This document shows, piece by piece, positions 18,272 to 27,136 of a stretch of DNA of 64,000 nt. Source of the stretch: Candidatus Poseidoniales archaeon (lineage in GTDB: Archaea > Thermoplasmatota > Poseidoniia > Poseidoniales > Thalassarchaeaceae). The stretch spans positions 21,411-85,410 of the forward strand of contig DTUF01000037.1 in assembly GCA_012964335.1 (NCBI GenBank), given 5' to 3'. The position numbers and the translations under genes are program-made. Below the pieces are notes generated by a model. That model did no database searches. It worked only from the letters and a program-made list of their open reading frames with translations, and was not told the origin of the DNA. Position 1 is the stretch's first letter; the number at the start of each line of letters is the position of its first letter.

Positions 18272-19339
18272 GTGAGTCAGATGCCTGAGCCGTACGTTGT
18301 CACCGTAGTTCCGACCTTTCAAGAGGCGGATCATATTGAGCGATGTCTGTTATCATTGATGGCTCAAACATGGCCAGCACAACAGCATTTGATACATGTT
18401 GTAGATGGTGGAAGTACTGATGGAACTAAACAAATCGTTGCAGAATTGGCCAAAAAATCCGGTGCTGAAGGTGGTCCAGAAATTTTGTTATTAGAAAATC
18501 CAGACCGATTCGTTGCTGAGGCTAGAAATCTCAGCCTAGAACAATTGCCTGATGAGGCAACTCATGTGCTTGAGATTATTGGGCATGTCTGGGTGCCTCC
18601 TAAACATATTGAATCCCGTATGAGTGAATTTGATGATTTAGAAGAAGAACTAGGAGCAGATGGTGACAAAATTGCTGGAATTGGAACTCTTGTCAAAGAG
18701 AGCGACCAACCTCTGAAGTTGGTTGGGCGTTGGGTAGAGGCTACCTTACAGAATCCCTTAGCAAGTGGGCGAGGCCAATTCGCTCAATTTACGGGTTGCC
18801 AGCGAACTATAATCCCACCATTCACGTTGTATCGGCGAGCCGCTTTAGATGCGGTTGGCGGTTGGAATACTGAATTCATCACCACACAGGATTCTGAACT
18901 TAACATGCGACTTGACGGCCAGGGTTGGACCCTGTGGCGTTCGGATGCATCGTATTGCTACATGGCAAAACGGACTTCCGTTGTCGGATGGCTCCGTTTT
19001 GGCCACCGTTACGGGTTTTGGCGTACTAAGCATATACGAAAGACTCCTCAGAGAGCATCAATTCTTGAGTTCCTCCCATGGATAGGGTTGCTAACAACTC
19101 TAGCGTTGTGCTGGTCAGGTTGCATGGTTGGCGGTTACCCTGCCTGGCAAATCCCAATCGCCGCCTATTCTGTTGTCCTAGTTCTTCATGGGCTATTAGA
19201 ATCCTTTACGCGTTCACAACCAAGTTTGATTATTGGTGTACCAATAATGCTGTTCCTACTTCACATAACTTTCAGTATTGGGTTACTTGATGGCTTGTTG
19301 AGAAAAGGCCGACCAGCAAAAGACAGAGTCTCCTATTAA
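18272..19339 (+). CDS. Family 2 glycosyltransferase with C-terminal transmembrane helices
   Basis: Contains VVTVVPTFQEADHIERCLLSLMAQTWP and HVVDGGSTDGTKQIV (GT2 fold, DxD-type region). There are 3-4 hydrophobic helices at the C-terminus. GTG start at 18272; an alternative ATG lies at 18281. Confidence 0.8.
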   Translation: MSQMPEPYVVTVVPTFQEADHIERCLLSLMAQTWPAQQHLIHVVDGGSTDGTKQIVAELAKKSGAEGGPEILLLENPDRFVAEARNLSLEQLPDEATHVLEIIGHVWVPPKHIESRMSEFDDLEEELGADGDKIAGIGTLVKESDQPLKLVGRWVEATLQNPLASGRGQFAQFTGCQRTIIPPFTLYRRAALDAVGGWNTEFITTQDSELNMRLDGQGWTLWRSDASYCYMAKRTSVVGWLRFGHRYGFWRTKHIRKTPQRASILEFLPWIGLLTTLALCWSGCMVGGYPAWQIPIAAYSVVLVLHGLLESFTRSQPSLIIGVPIMLFLLHITFSIGLLDGLLRKGRPAKDRVSY

Positions 19340-19410
19340 TCGCTGAAAACGTGCTTAGCAAGTGGGGGTAACATTGAACCCATATCACAGGTTCCAACGC
19401 CTTGGTAGAC

Positions 19411-20268
19411 ATGGCTGATGACGACAAGAATAGCCTAAATTCTTGGGCTGTTCTATTGGTTCCTTTAATCATCGCAGGATTAATTGGTAGAATTATTCCT
19501 GCAGTTGACTTACTTCTAGTTGAAAATTGGCAAATTGGTGCATACTATGGTTTTGCGTTTTTACTCGGTTTTGTACTGTTTAAGCGTTCTCGGAGTGAAA
19601 GAGACCACGAGTTTCACAGAGTTAAGAATATCAAGAAATTAAGTAAGGCCTACAAGGCCGAAGATCGAGGATTATGGGGCAAGGCTGATGCAGCTATGGC
19701 CGGCCTTGAGAGAGATGCTGAAGGCTATGAAGCAAGTGATAAAGACCTCATTCAAGGCCAAAAAGTTAAGGAAATTATGAGAGAGAAGCGTACTGGCGAG
19801 ATAGGCGATGATAAACCTCAAGAAGAAGTAAAAATGTTCCACGATGAGGAGCATGTCAAACGCTCATCAGCCCGAATGTCTGGAGATAAGGACCCAATGG
19901 CACAAATGTCAGGTGCAGCTGTTGAGATGATGAAAGCGGCAGGGTCGGGTCAGACTAATGTTGACGACATGATGGCTCAGTTAAATGCTGAAGATGAGCG
20001 ATTAGAGAAACAGAAGAAGCCAAAGCCACAACCGAAGCCACAGCCAAAGCCCGAGCCAAAACCAAAACCCAAACCAAAGCCAGAAGTTGGAGGTGGCCAG
20101 ATGGGTACTGCAGGAATCACCCGAGAGGACAAATTGTTTGATGACCTCGGTGCATCAATTGGTGGCGGTAAATCGGTCGGCAAGGAGACCAAGATTTGTT
20201 TGGACTGTGGGGCGAGAAATGCTGTTGGTAGAGAGAGCTGTAGCAATTGTGGCTCTTCCCTAACCTGA
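19411..20268 (+). CDS. Membrane protein with a (K/Q/E)P repeat linker and a C-terminal zinc ribbon
   Basis: N-terminal TMs are WAVLLVPLIIAGLIGRIIPAV and IGAYYGFAFLLGFVLF. The linker is KKPKPQPKPQPKPEPKPKPKPKPEV. The C-terminus is CLDCGARNAVGRESCSNCG. The ORF track starts at TTG 19402; the first ATG is at 19411. Confidence 0.65.
   Translation: MADDDKNSLNSWAVLLVPLIIAGLIGRIIPAVDLLLVENWQIGAYYGFAFLLGFVLFKRSRSERDHEFHRVKNIKKLSKAYKAEDRGLWGKADAAMAGLERDAEGYEASDKDLIQGQKVKEIMREKRTGEIGDDKPQEEVKMFHDEEHVKRSSARMSGDKDPMAQMSGAAVEMMKAAGSGQTNVDDMMAQLNAEDERLEKQKKPKPQPKPQPKPEPKPKPKPKPEVGGGQMGTAGITREDKLFDDLGASIGGGKSVGKETKICLDCGARNAVGRESCSNCGSSLT
20014..20085 (+). repeat. Imperfect 6-nt tandem repeat (CCN-AAR) encoding the KP-repeat low-complexity linker
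   Basis: The DNA reads aagaagccaaagccacaaccgaagccacagccaaagcccgagccaaaaccaaaacccaaaccaaagccagaa. It is coding and lies inside CDS 19411-20268. Confidence 0.7.
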
Positions 20269-20340
20269 TGCTGTATTCATTCAGTATGATGGTCAGATTC
20301 AAAACAGGTGGGCAGTCAGCGACCACTCGGTGATGGGGTC

Positions 20341-21489
20341 ATGACGAAGCGAGACTACTACGAAGTCTTGGAAGTTAGTAGAAATTCTAGCGATGCGGAT
20401 TTGAAAAAAGCATTCCGCAAATTAGCTAGGAAAAACCACCCTGACAAGAATCCAGATGATGCAGAAGCGGAAAACCGTTTCAAAGAAATTCAAGAGGCCT
20501 ACGCGGTCTTATCAAATCCTCAACAGCGCCGAAGTTATGACACATTTGGGCATGAATCACCCGGTGGTAATCCCTTTGGAAGTGGTGGTTTCCAAGGGGT
20601 AAACATCTCAATGGATGATTTGTTTAGCGGTGGTTTTGATTCAGTCTTTTCACAATTTTTTGGTAGCGGTGGGACGAGTGGTCGCCGTTCTTCAAGAGGC
20701 AATGATGTTCTAATCAGACACTCTATTGACATGGAGATGGCGATGTTAGGCGGCGAGAATGAATTAGAAGCGAAACTGCTCGTCATTTGTGACACATGCA
20801 ACGGTAGAGCAGCAGCAAGTCCCGAAGGGGTCAAGACTTGTGGCACATGTTCTGGTCAAGGCCAAGTAACACAAAATCGTAAGATAGGCCCATTTATTCA
20901 ACAAATGGTTACTGATTGTCCTGAATGTAATGGTACAGGGAGAATAATTACTGACCCATGTAGCGATTGTCGTGGTCAAGGTAGAGAGAGGAAAAAACAA
21001 ACTATTCGTTTTGGAATTCCTGCTGGTATTTCTGACGGCACTCGTATGAGAATGGGTGGTCGAGGGGAGCCAATTCGTGGCGGAGGAGGTAGTCCTGGTG
21101 ACCTATATATCCAAGTTCATATCGAAGACCATGACTGGTACGAGAGGGATGGTTCCGACCTTCTGATGGCTCTTCCATTAGGTTATCCTGAATTACTTCT
21201 TGGTACATCAATATCACTACCACATATTGATGGAAAAGACATCTCAATTGATGTGCCTGCAGGGTCAATCCCCGGAGACACCTTGGAAGTGAAAGGCCGA
21301 GGATTTCCTCGTGCACGTGGTCGTGGGCGAGGTAATGTTACAGTGTTGTTGAAATTGTATGTGCCTTCTAAACTTTCAAAGAATGTCAAAAAGCAGATAG
21401 AGGGATTACGCGATGAAATCGGGATTGATTTAGACTCGATAGAGGATTTAGTCCGCAAAGAAGCTAAATCAAGACGTCGTATCAGATGA
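20341..21489 (+). CDS. dnaJ: Chaperone DnaJ (Hsp40)
   Basis: J domain: [39 protein letters not shown]-rich region follows. There are four CxxCxG(x)G zinc motifs ([32 protein letters not shown]). ATG 20341 is preferred over the track start at 20308. Confidence 0.9.
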   Translation: MTKRDYYEVLEVSRNSSDADLKKAFRKLARKNHPDKNPDDAEAENRFKEIQEAYAVLSNPQQRRSYDTFGHESPGGNPFGSGGFQGVNISMDDLFSGGFDSVFSQFFGSGGTSGRRSSRGNDVLIRHSIDMEMAMLGGENELEAKLLVICDTCNGRAAASPEGVKTCGTCSGQGQVTQNRKIGPFIQQMVTDCPECNGTGRIITDPCSDCRGQGRERKKQTIRFGIPAGISDGTRMRMGGRGEPIRGGGGSPGDLYIQVHIEDHDWYERDGSDLLMALPLGYPELLLGTSISLPHIDGKDISIDVPAGSIPGDTLEVKGRGFPRARGRGRGNVTVLLKLYVPSKLSKNVKKQIEGLRDEIGIDLDSIEDLVRKEAKSRRRIR

Positions 21490-21513
21490 TGGTTGCATCA
21501 ATTGCAAACGACC

Positions 21514-23781
21514 TTATTCTTCTTCAGAGGCTGTGAGTACTGCTTTTGTTGGAACTGCTGCAACTGGTTTACCACCGACTAATCCTGATAGAATCAAATC
21601 AAATCCTTCAGCATCTCCTTCCATATCAATTCGAAGGAATCGATTTGTCTTGGCATTCAAATCCCCGAGAAAAACCTCGTCACCATCAAACAATGATTCA
21701 GGGGTGACTGATGTCACAACCCATTCACCGCCTTCAACAGCCTGAAATCTGATTGCGGCTAATGTCCACTCTTCAGATAGCAGTCTAAGCCCTACTGTGA
21801 TTGAGCGTGCACCCTCGTTTGCAGTCAATCCCCACACAATCAAATCAAGCGATTCAGTGGTATGACGTGTAAGTGGCTCTCCCCATTCCATGACCAATGC
21901 ATCCCAGTCGGTATCAGCGAGGGATTCAAGCGCGTGCAGCAGAGCATTTGGGTCCATCACATTATTTGGGTCAGCAGCAATCAATCGCTCTCGCAGGCGA
22001 TTCAACCTGCGCTTTTCATGTGCTTCAATCTCCAGTACTCCACCAGACGTCAATCGCCAGTAGATCACCAACAACATGGGAGATAATAACACAAATCCGA
22101 TTACGATGTAAAATGTTCCAACTTCATCAGAATAATCAATCCAATTTCCATCATTTGGCTCAGCTCCTTCAGGAGTTAGCCAAGCCCAATTAACTGTGTA
22201 CTCGACTTCGTTACTGATATTTGATTCGACTACCAAGAGGTGACGTCCATGCGGTAAGTCAAGTGTTGTAGTCGCTTGTTGGCCTTGCATTTCTGTCAGA
22301 TTCCAAGAAACAGTAGTCCATGCGTTGTATGCAGTAGTGTTGAGTTGCACCAGTTTGAGCACACAAGTACCAGGGTCTGATTCAATAGTAGCAGTCAATA
22401 AGCTTCGATATGGGTAGCCTATTTCTCTCTCAATGAGATATACATCCCGAATATCTGTGCCACCAATAGTACCACTAGTATAACCCGATTCAGATCGCAT
22501 AACCATCCAGTCTAAGGTGTCTGCTTCACCGTTTGGATGGCTATCTGAGGCGTCTCCTGGTGTAGCACCATCATTTGGTCCAAGAGATGTGATTGTCAGA
22601 GTCCAAATTAGTGGTTCACTAGCGTTGGTAAAAGTGATTGCCGCGGCATCTGCACCGGTTGGAACTGTAAATTGTACACTTCCACTGAGATTTGATTCAT
22701 TATGGATAATGGTCCAAGTGCCGCTCCTCGCTTGAAAGTAGATATCTGCAGCACTAGTTAAAGTCCAATCAACGTTGAATATACTGCGTGAGCCTGCTTC
22801 TAATCGGATTGTATCTCCTCCAGCATCATTGGTTGTTAGATGACCTGATATTGTTCCATCTGCAAAGGTAGGAGCAACCCAAGGCTCAGATGCGGTTTCC
22901 CCAAAAGGTGTTTCAAGTTCTGCTGAATGGCTTGCGAACCGAAGTGAATACAGTCCTGCCTGACCACTAGAAGAGTATACCATAACCCAAATTTCATCAT
23001 TTGACACTTCAACAAGCAATCTTTGGGGGGGATTGGCTGAGCCAGCCATGAATTGTTGTTGAGAAATCAGTTGTAGGTCATCAGCACTACGGCTCCATAT
23101 TTCAATAAAAACATCACTAGAAAAGGATGAGAATTCGATTTCAATGACATCACCATCACTCGCATTGAGTTGAAAGGTATCAGAATCTTCAGCGGAATCA
23201 AGAGTGCCATTCCACCAGACAGCGGAATCATCTATTGTGGTGCGCTCAATTTCTCCACAATCGCTGAGTGAGCCACAGCCTGCCATGTCAATAAGACGCC
23301 ATCCAGAAGCATCTTCACCAGGATTGGGTAATTGTGAGGGTGTGTCAATAAATTCACCATTTGCAAGGTCAAAGAAAATCCGAGAAACGAGCAATGCTTG
23401 GTTAGTTAAACCGGCGCGATTAATTTGAATAGTTGTTGGGCCAGCACTCAGATTTCCACTTAGTTCTAAGTGAAATCGGCCTGAGGTGCTGAATTCAGAC
23501 CCCCAAGAATCTGTTACTGTTAGATTCAACTCTTCACAATTGCTTTCTGATGGGCAATCAACTGAAATCCAAAACGGACTTTGGCGAACATTTAATGTCT
23601 CACTCCAAACCGTTTCACCTTCCACTAGTTCAACGTTTGAGGTTAGGTCCGGCAATACATTTGAAGGCAATTCCGAGGGGTTTGGGATGCTAGTAAGTAG
23701 CATCACAATCGCGAGTGTGCATGCGAGAATTAGGCGGCTCACATGTGCTTGGCGCGCCCCTCGGCATTTAGAATCATTCAA
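21514..23781 (-). CDS. Type I membrane surface protein with PPC (pre-peptidase C-terminal)-like domains and a cytoplasmic domain of about 190 aa
   Basis: Signal peptide: SRLILACTLAIVMLLTSIPNP. PPC-like motifs include DSDTFQLNASDGDVIEIEF..DVFIEIWS. The TM is FYIVIGFVLLSPMLLVIYW, followed by a soluble C-terminal domain. The track start at 23781 is TTG; GTG 23742 (MSRLILAC...) is an alternative. Confidence 0.75.
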   Translation of the reverse strand: MNDSKCRGARQAHVSRLILACTLAIVMLLTSIPNPSELPSNVLPDLTSNVELVEGETVWSETLNVRQSPFWISVDCPSESNCEELNLTVTDSWGSEFSTSGRFHLELSGNLSAGPTTIQINRAGLTNQALLVSRIFFDLANGEFIDTPSQLPNPGEDASGWRLIDMAGCGSLSDCGEIERTTIDDSAVWWNGTLDSAEDSDTFQLNASDGDVIEIEFSSFSSDVFIEIWSRSADDLQLISQQQFMAGSANPPQRLLVEVSNDEIWVMVYSSSGQAGLYSLRFASHSAELETPFGETASEPWVAPTFADGTISGHLTTNDAGGDTIRLEAGSRSIFNVDWTLTSAADIYFQARSGTWTIIHNESNLSGSVQFTVPTGADAAAITFTNASEPLIWTLTITSLGPNDGATPGDASDSHPNGEADTLDWMVMRSESGYTSGTIGGTDIRDVYLIEREIGYPYRSLLTATIESDPGTCVLKLVQLNTTAYNAWTTVSWNLTEMQGQQATTTLDLPHGRHLLVVESNISNEVEYTVNWAWLTPEGAEPNDGNWIDYSDEVGTFYIVIGFVLLSPMLLVIYWRLTSGGVLEIEAHEKRRLNRLRERLIAADPNNVMDPNALLHALESLADTDWDALVMEWGEPLTRHTTESLDLIVWGLTANEGARSITVGLRLLSEEWTLAAIRFQAVEGGEWVVTSVTPESLFDGDEVFLGDLNAKTNRFLRIDMEGDAEGFDLILSGLVGGKPVAAVPTKAVLTASEEE
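23766..23774 (+). promoter_or_regulatory. Candidate TATA-like element (ATTTAGAAT) about 25 nt upstream of the arcS GTG, which would suggest a leaderless transcript
   Basis: An AT-rich nonamer is centred about 25 nt before the GTG at 23795, and no SD motif lies in between. The call rests on position only. Confidence 0.25.
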
Positions 23782-23794
23782 TTATAGCGCATAG

Positions 23795-25636
23795 GTGGCG
23801 CCCTTCGTGACTGATTCCACGCTGGGCCGTACGGTGGCCGAAAGATTGCGACATGCGCGCATGATTGCCCTAGGTGATCGTAAGGCTCCATTATGCATCA
23901 CTCCGGCTTTAATCGGCACTAGAAATGACGAATCTCAACTTAGTATCAGCACTAATTTGATGCCATTTGTGGTTGATTATGATAGCAGTTCTCTGCCTGC
24001 AACTATGACGATAACTGGAAGAGGTGCAATGGCGATGCCATTTGACAATGACTCCCCTCAATGGGTATGCCAAATGAACCATGTTTTACCCCCTTCTTTA
24101 GAAGATTCAGATACTGGAGTTAGAGGGCGTTCAAATGGTGGTTTAATCTCTGTGTCATGGCAAACACTGAGACATGATTCAGAATTGATGGATTTACCGG
24201 AACAACCAGAAATTATTGCTTTGGTGGATGCTCTTCAATTAGCCAATCATCCCGGCAAGTTGGTCTCTGCTTTGGCAGTTCTGAGGACCCATTTCCCTTC
24301 GTCTCTGTTATGGTGCCCTGGTTTGGGTGGTCCGGATAACCTTGCTCTGCTTACTTGGTTTGGAGTTGATTTGCACGATTTCACACGCTCAAGGCAAGCA
24401 GAATCATTAGGCTTTTTACTTACATCGGATGGGGCAAGAAGGCCGGCTGAAGAATATGATGAAGACTCTGACATTGGAGCGCAGTATAATGAATGGAAGC
24501 GTGAGATTTCTGCAGTAAAATCTGCACTGAAGAATGGTAGTCTGCGTCAATTAGTGGAAAAGCGTTCGCTAAATTCACCGAAACTGGTGGAACATCTTCG
24601 ATATCATGACCGATTGATGCGTGAACAACTTAGTGATAAAGGCGAGATTTCTATTAATGGCGTCCCATTACGTAGATTTGTAAAATACGGCATGAAATGG
24701 CGATGTCACAGTCCAGTTAGTCGCCAAGACCCTCTCATCGTTGATTGGATCCAAAGGATTACTTCTGATTATCGTACTCCTACAGAGCAATCCGAAGTTC
24801 TAGTTCTGCTTCCATGCAGTGCTCGAAAGCCATACTCAATGTCACAATCACACAGACGCTTCCGAGGTTCGCTTCGTCATCGTCCACTTCACGAAGTAAT
24901 GGTGACTTCACCATTAGGACTAGTTCCTCGTGAACTTGAGGAATTGTGGCCGGCTTCTCACTACGATATTCCGGTCACTGGAGAATGGGACGGCGAAGAA
25001 TTAGAGATGATTCACAAATGTGTGAAATCACTTGTTTCTAACAACAGCTACAAGATGCTAATCAACCATAGTGGAATTGACTTTGATAGTGATGAAATCG
25101 GGGTTGAAATTATTGATACTAGACAAGGTGAGGGTGCTGGCTCACATGACTCCCTTCAGAGACTCAAGGAAGCATCAGAGGATGCTGCGAAGAAATACCA
25201 CCCTGATTATCGTATGAATGAAAAGCAACATTTGCTCATTAAAATGAGAAGCATTTCACGCTGGCTACACAATAATGATGACTGGCTCGAAAACGCTCAT
25301 GTTGGTGGAAAACCTCCACGTTGGAAGATTCTTGAAGGTAAACAGCAGTTAGCAATGTGGCATCCTCAAGATGGAAGATTCGCATTTCCAAAGGGGACTT
25401 TACCCAACTTAGCAAAGTGTGGCACTCTATCAGAAGTTCATTTAGAGGATGGTCCGAAACTTGAAGGGGATATTTTCTCACCAATGGTTAACCATGTCAA
25501 GGGTGATATCAGGGTAGGCGATGAAGTGTTGCTTTTCCGAGCAGGAAATCTCCTTGGTAGCGCCCGTAGTGTGACTGCCAAGTGGGAGTATTTTGGTAGT
25601 CCTGGCAGGGTGGCAAAGACCAAACACAGGCTGTAA
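23795..25636 (+). CDS. arcS: Archaeosine synthase ArcS (TGT-like N-terminal domain, DUF5591 domain, C-terminal PUA domain)
   Basis: There is an exact match to the ArcS signature PC-x3-KPY-x2-S-x2-H: PCSARKPYSMSQSH (24812-24853). The N-terminus MAPFVTDSTLGRT...ITPALI resembles TGT-family starts. The C-terminal segment IRVGDEVLLFRAGNLLGSARSV is PUA-like. Confidence 0.8.
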   Translation: MAPFVTDSTLGRTVAERLRHARMIALGDRKAPLCITPALIGTRNDESQLSISTNLMPFVVDYDSSSLPATMTITGRGAMAMPFDNDSPQWVCQMNHVLPPSLEDSDTGVRGRSNGGLISVSWQTLRHDSELMDLPEQPEIIALVDALQLANHPGKLVSALAVLRTHFPSSLLWCPGLGGPDNLALLTWFGVDLHDFTRSRQAESLGFLLTSDGARRPAEEYDEDSDIGAQYNEWKREISAVKSALKNGSLRQLVEKRSLNSPKLVEHLRYHDRLMREQLSDKGEISINGVPLRRFVKYGMKWRCHSPVSRQDPLIVDWIQRITSDYRTPTEQSEVLVLLPCSARKPYSMSQSHRRFRGSLRHRPLHEVMVTSPLGLVPRELEELWPASHYDIPVTGEWDGEELEMIHKCVKSLVSNNSYKMLINHSGIDFDSDEIGVEIIDTRQGEGAGSHDSLQRLKEASEDAAKKYHPDYRMNEKQHLLIKMRSISRWLHNNDDWLENAHVGGKPPRWKILEGKQQLAMWHPQDGRFAFPKGTLPNLAKCGTLSEVHLEDGPKLEGDIFSPMVNHVKGDIRVGDEVLLFRAGNLLGSARSVTAKWEYFGSPGRVAKTKHRL

Positions 25637-25694
25637 AGCCTCTCATAGAGAGGCGGAGCGGTTATGAATGGGGAGTAGGTCGGCGGCTCGCTCA

Positions 25695-25699
25695 AGGTG
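25695..25699 (+). promoter_or_regulatory. Shine-Dalgarno-like AGGTG, 5 nt upstream of the rps15 ATG
   Basis: The sequence reads AGGTG-TTATC-ATG. Confidence 0.45.
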
Positions 25700-25704
25700 T
25701 TATC

Positions 25705-26160
25705 ATGGGACGAATGCACAGTGGTGGAAAGGGTCGTTCGGGCTCAACCCGCCCAAATGTTAGTGACTTACCAGAGTGGTCTGAACAAGACGCTTCAAGG
25801 GTTGAGTCACTCATTGTTGAATTAAATGAACAGGGTAACTCTAACGCTATGATTGGCACTATACTTCGTGACCAACACTCAGTTCCTAGTGTAAAACTCC
25901 TACTCGGTAAAACAGTCGGCGGGGTTCTCGAAGAAGCTGGAAAGACTCGCGAGGTCCCTGAGGAATTGATGAACATGATGCGTAAGGCACAAGGTATCAT
26001 TGACCATTTAGACCACAACCGCAAAGATTTGCACAACAACCGTCAACTCAATCTTGTAGAATCAAAGATTCGGCGCACGGCTCGCTATTTCAAGTCAAAT
26101 GGTAAATTGGATGCTGATTGGAATTACAAGCGTGACCAACTACGCCTAATGGTAGATTAA
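25705..26160 (+). CDS. rps15: 30S ribosomal protein S15 (uS15, archaeal S15P/S13e type)
   Basis: MGRMHSGGKGRSGSTRP... is the typical archaeal S15 N-terminal extension. The length is 151 aa, and the C-terminal helical S15 domain (DLHNNRQLNLVESKIRRTARYF) is present. Confidence 0.9.
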   Translation: MGRMHSGGKGRSGSTRPNVSDLPEWSEQDASRVESLIVELNEQGNSNAMIGTILRDQHSVPSVKLLLGKTVGGVLEEAGKTREVPEELMNMMRKAQGIIDHLDHNRKDLHNNRQLNLVESKIRRTARYFKSNGKLDADWNYKRDQLRLMVD

Positions 26161-26273
26161 GCCTCAACTTGCTTTGCAGGTTTGATTGTTTATCACTATT
26201 GGTAGATATCACTTAATTATCTTAAGCCATTTTGTGTAAGTGGTTTTTTGGCAGTTGACATTGTCGGGCGGCC

Positions 26274-27113
26274 ATGCGCTCATTATTGGAGTTGGAGGCA
26301 TTTGCTACAATTGCCGATAATCTCCAAGCGTCTGCTACTTCAATTAACAAATCAGATTCTATTACACTGATTATTCCCCCATCACCGGAAGGAGCAGTTA
26401 GTTCGGCTTTCTTAGAGGCGGCATTGTTAGATGCAGAAATCTCCTATCACCGCTGTTTTTCCCCTCGTACAGTAAATCCTCCCTCAATTGAGGTGAAAGA
26501 TGGGGATGCATTGGACAAACCTCCTACCCAAGAATCGAATCAAATTGTCATCACTCCGCTGTTCGCGACGGGAGTGAGAGGGCATGAGGGTGCGGCCCAC
26601 AGAGGGGTTCTCTCATCAGTTGCTCAAGCAGCAGCATTGGCAGAATTAATTGCACCTGATGGCAAAAGGTTGCGCTCCCTTAGGCCGTGGTTGCTAGCTG
26701 GGAATTGGTGGGCAGGCGCACTTGACCAAGGTTATGATCCAGTGTATAGCGCCCTTCGCGACCATTTGTATCAGGAGGGTTCGATTAGAGTGGTGCCAAT
26801 TCCTGAGATAGAAAATCCAGATATGTCTGGGCTAAAGCAGGTTGATCTAGAATCTGAGGCAAGTACCCGTGAAACATGGTCTTCTCTAGATGTAGACGGC
26901 AAGGCAAACGCACTAAGCACACTTATCCTACCACAAGTGTTGAGTGAAAAACCCTCTACTGCAAGGCTTGAAGAGTTAGTTTGGCATCGTATTAAATTGT
27001 CAGATTACGACAGCGATTTACACACTAGGATGGTTGCCGCACGTGCAATGTGGGACGGGACTCCGAAATCTGCATCAGATTTGATTGACGCTATATTGTC
27101 TAAAGCCGTCTAA
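26274..27113 (+). CDS. Hypothetical protein, possibly a degenerate DHH/RecJ-like domain (speculative)
   Basis: 279 aa and soluble. The segment ITLIIPPSPEGAVSSAFLEAALLDAEISY loosely resembles the first DHH-family strand-helix but lacks the catalytic Asp/His. It lies directly downstream of rps15. Confidence 0.55.
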   Translation: MRSLLELEAFATIADNLQASATSINKSDSITLIIPPSPEGAVSSAFLEAALLDAEISYHRCFSPRTVNPPSIEVKDGDALDKPPTQESNQIVITPLFATGVRGHEGAAHRGVLSSVAQAAALAELIAPDGKRLRSLRPWLLAGNWWAGALDQGYDPVYSALRDHLYQEGSIRVVPIPEIENPDMSGLKQVDLESEASTRETWSSLDVDGKANALSTLILPQVLSEKPSTARLEELVWHRIKLSDYDSDLHTRMVAARAMWDGTPKSASDLIDAILSKAV

Positions 27114-27136
27114 TTTCAAAACTAGTAATTCAGATA

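Noticed and set aside
20014-20085. Short-period DNA repeat considered as a CRISPR or minisatellite
   Set aside because: It has a 6-nt period, is in frame, encodes (K/Q/E)P dipeptides inside a CDS, and has no spacers. It is a coding low-complexity repeat.
25692-26039. 115-aa minus-strand ORF overlapping rps15
   Set aside because: It is antisense to a confidently identified ribosomal protein gene and has no motif support.
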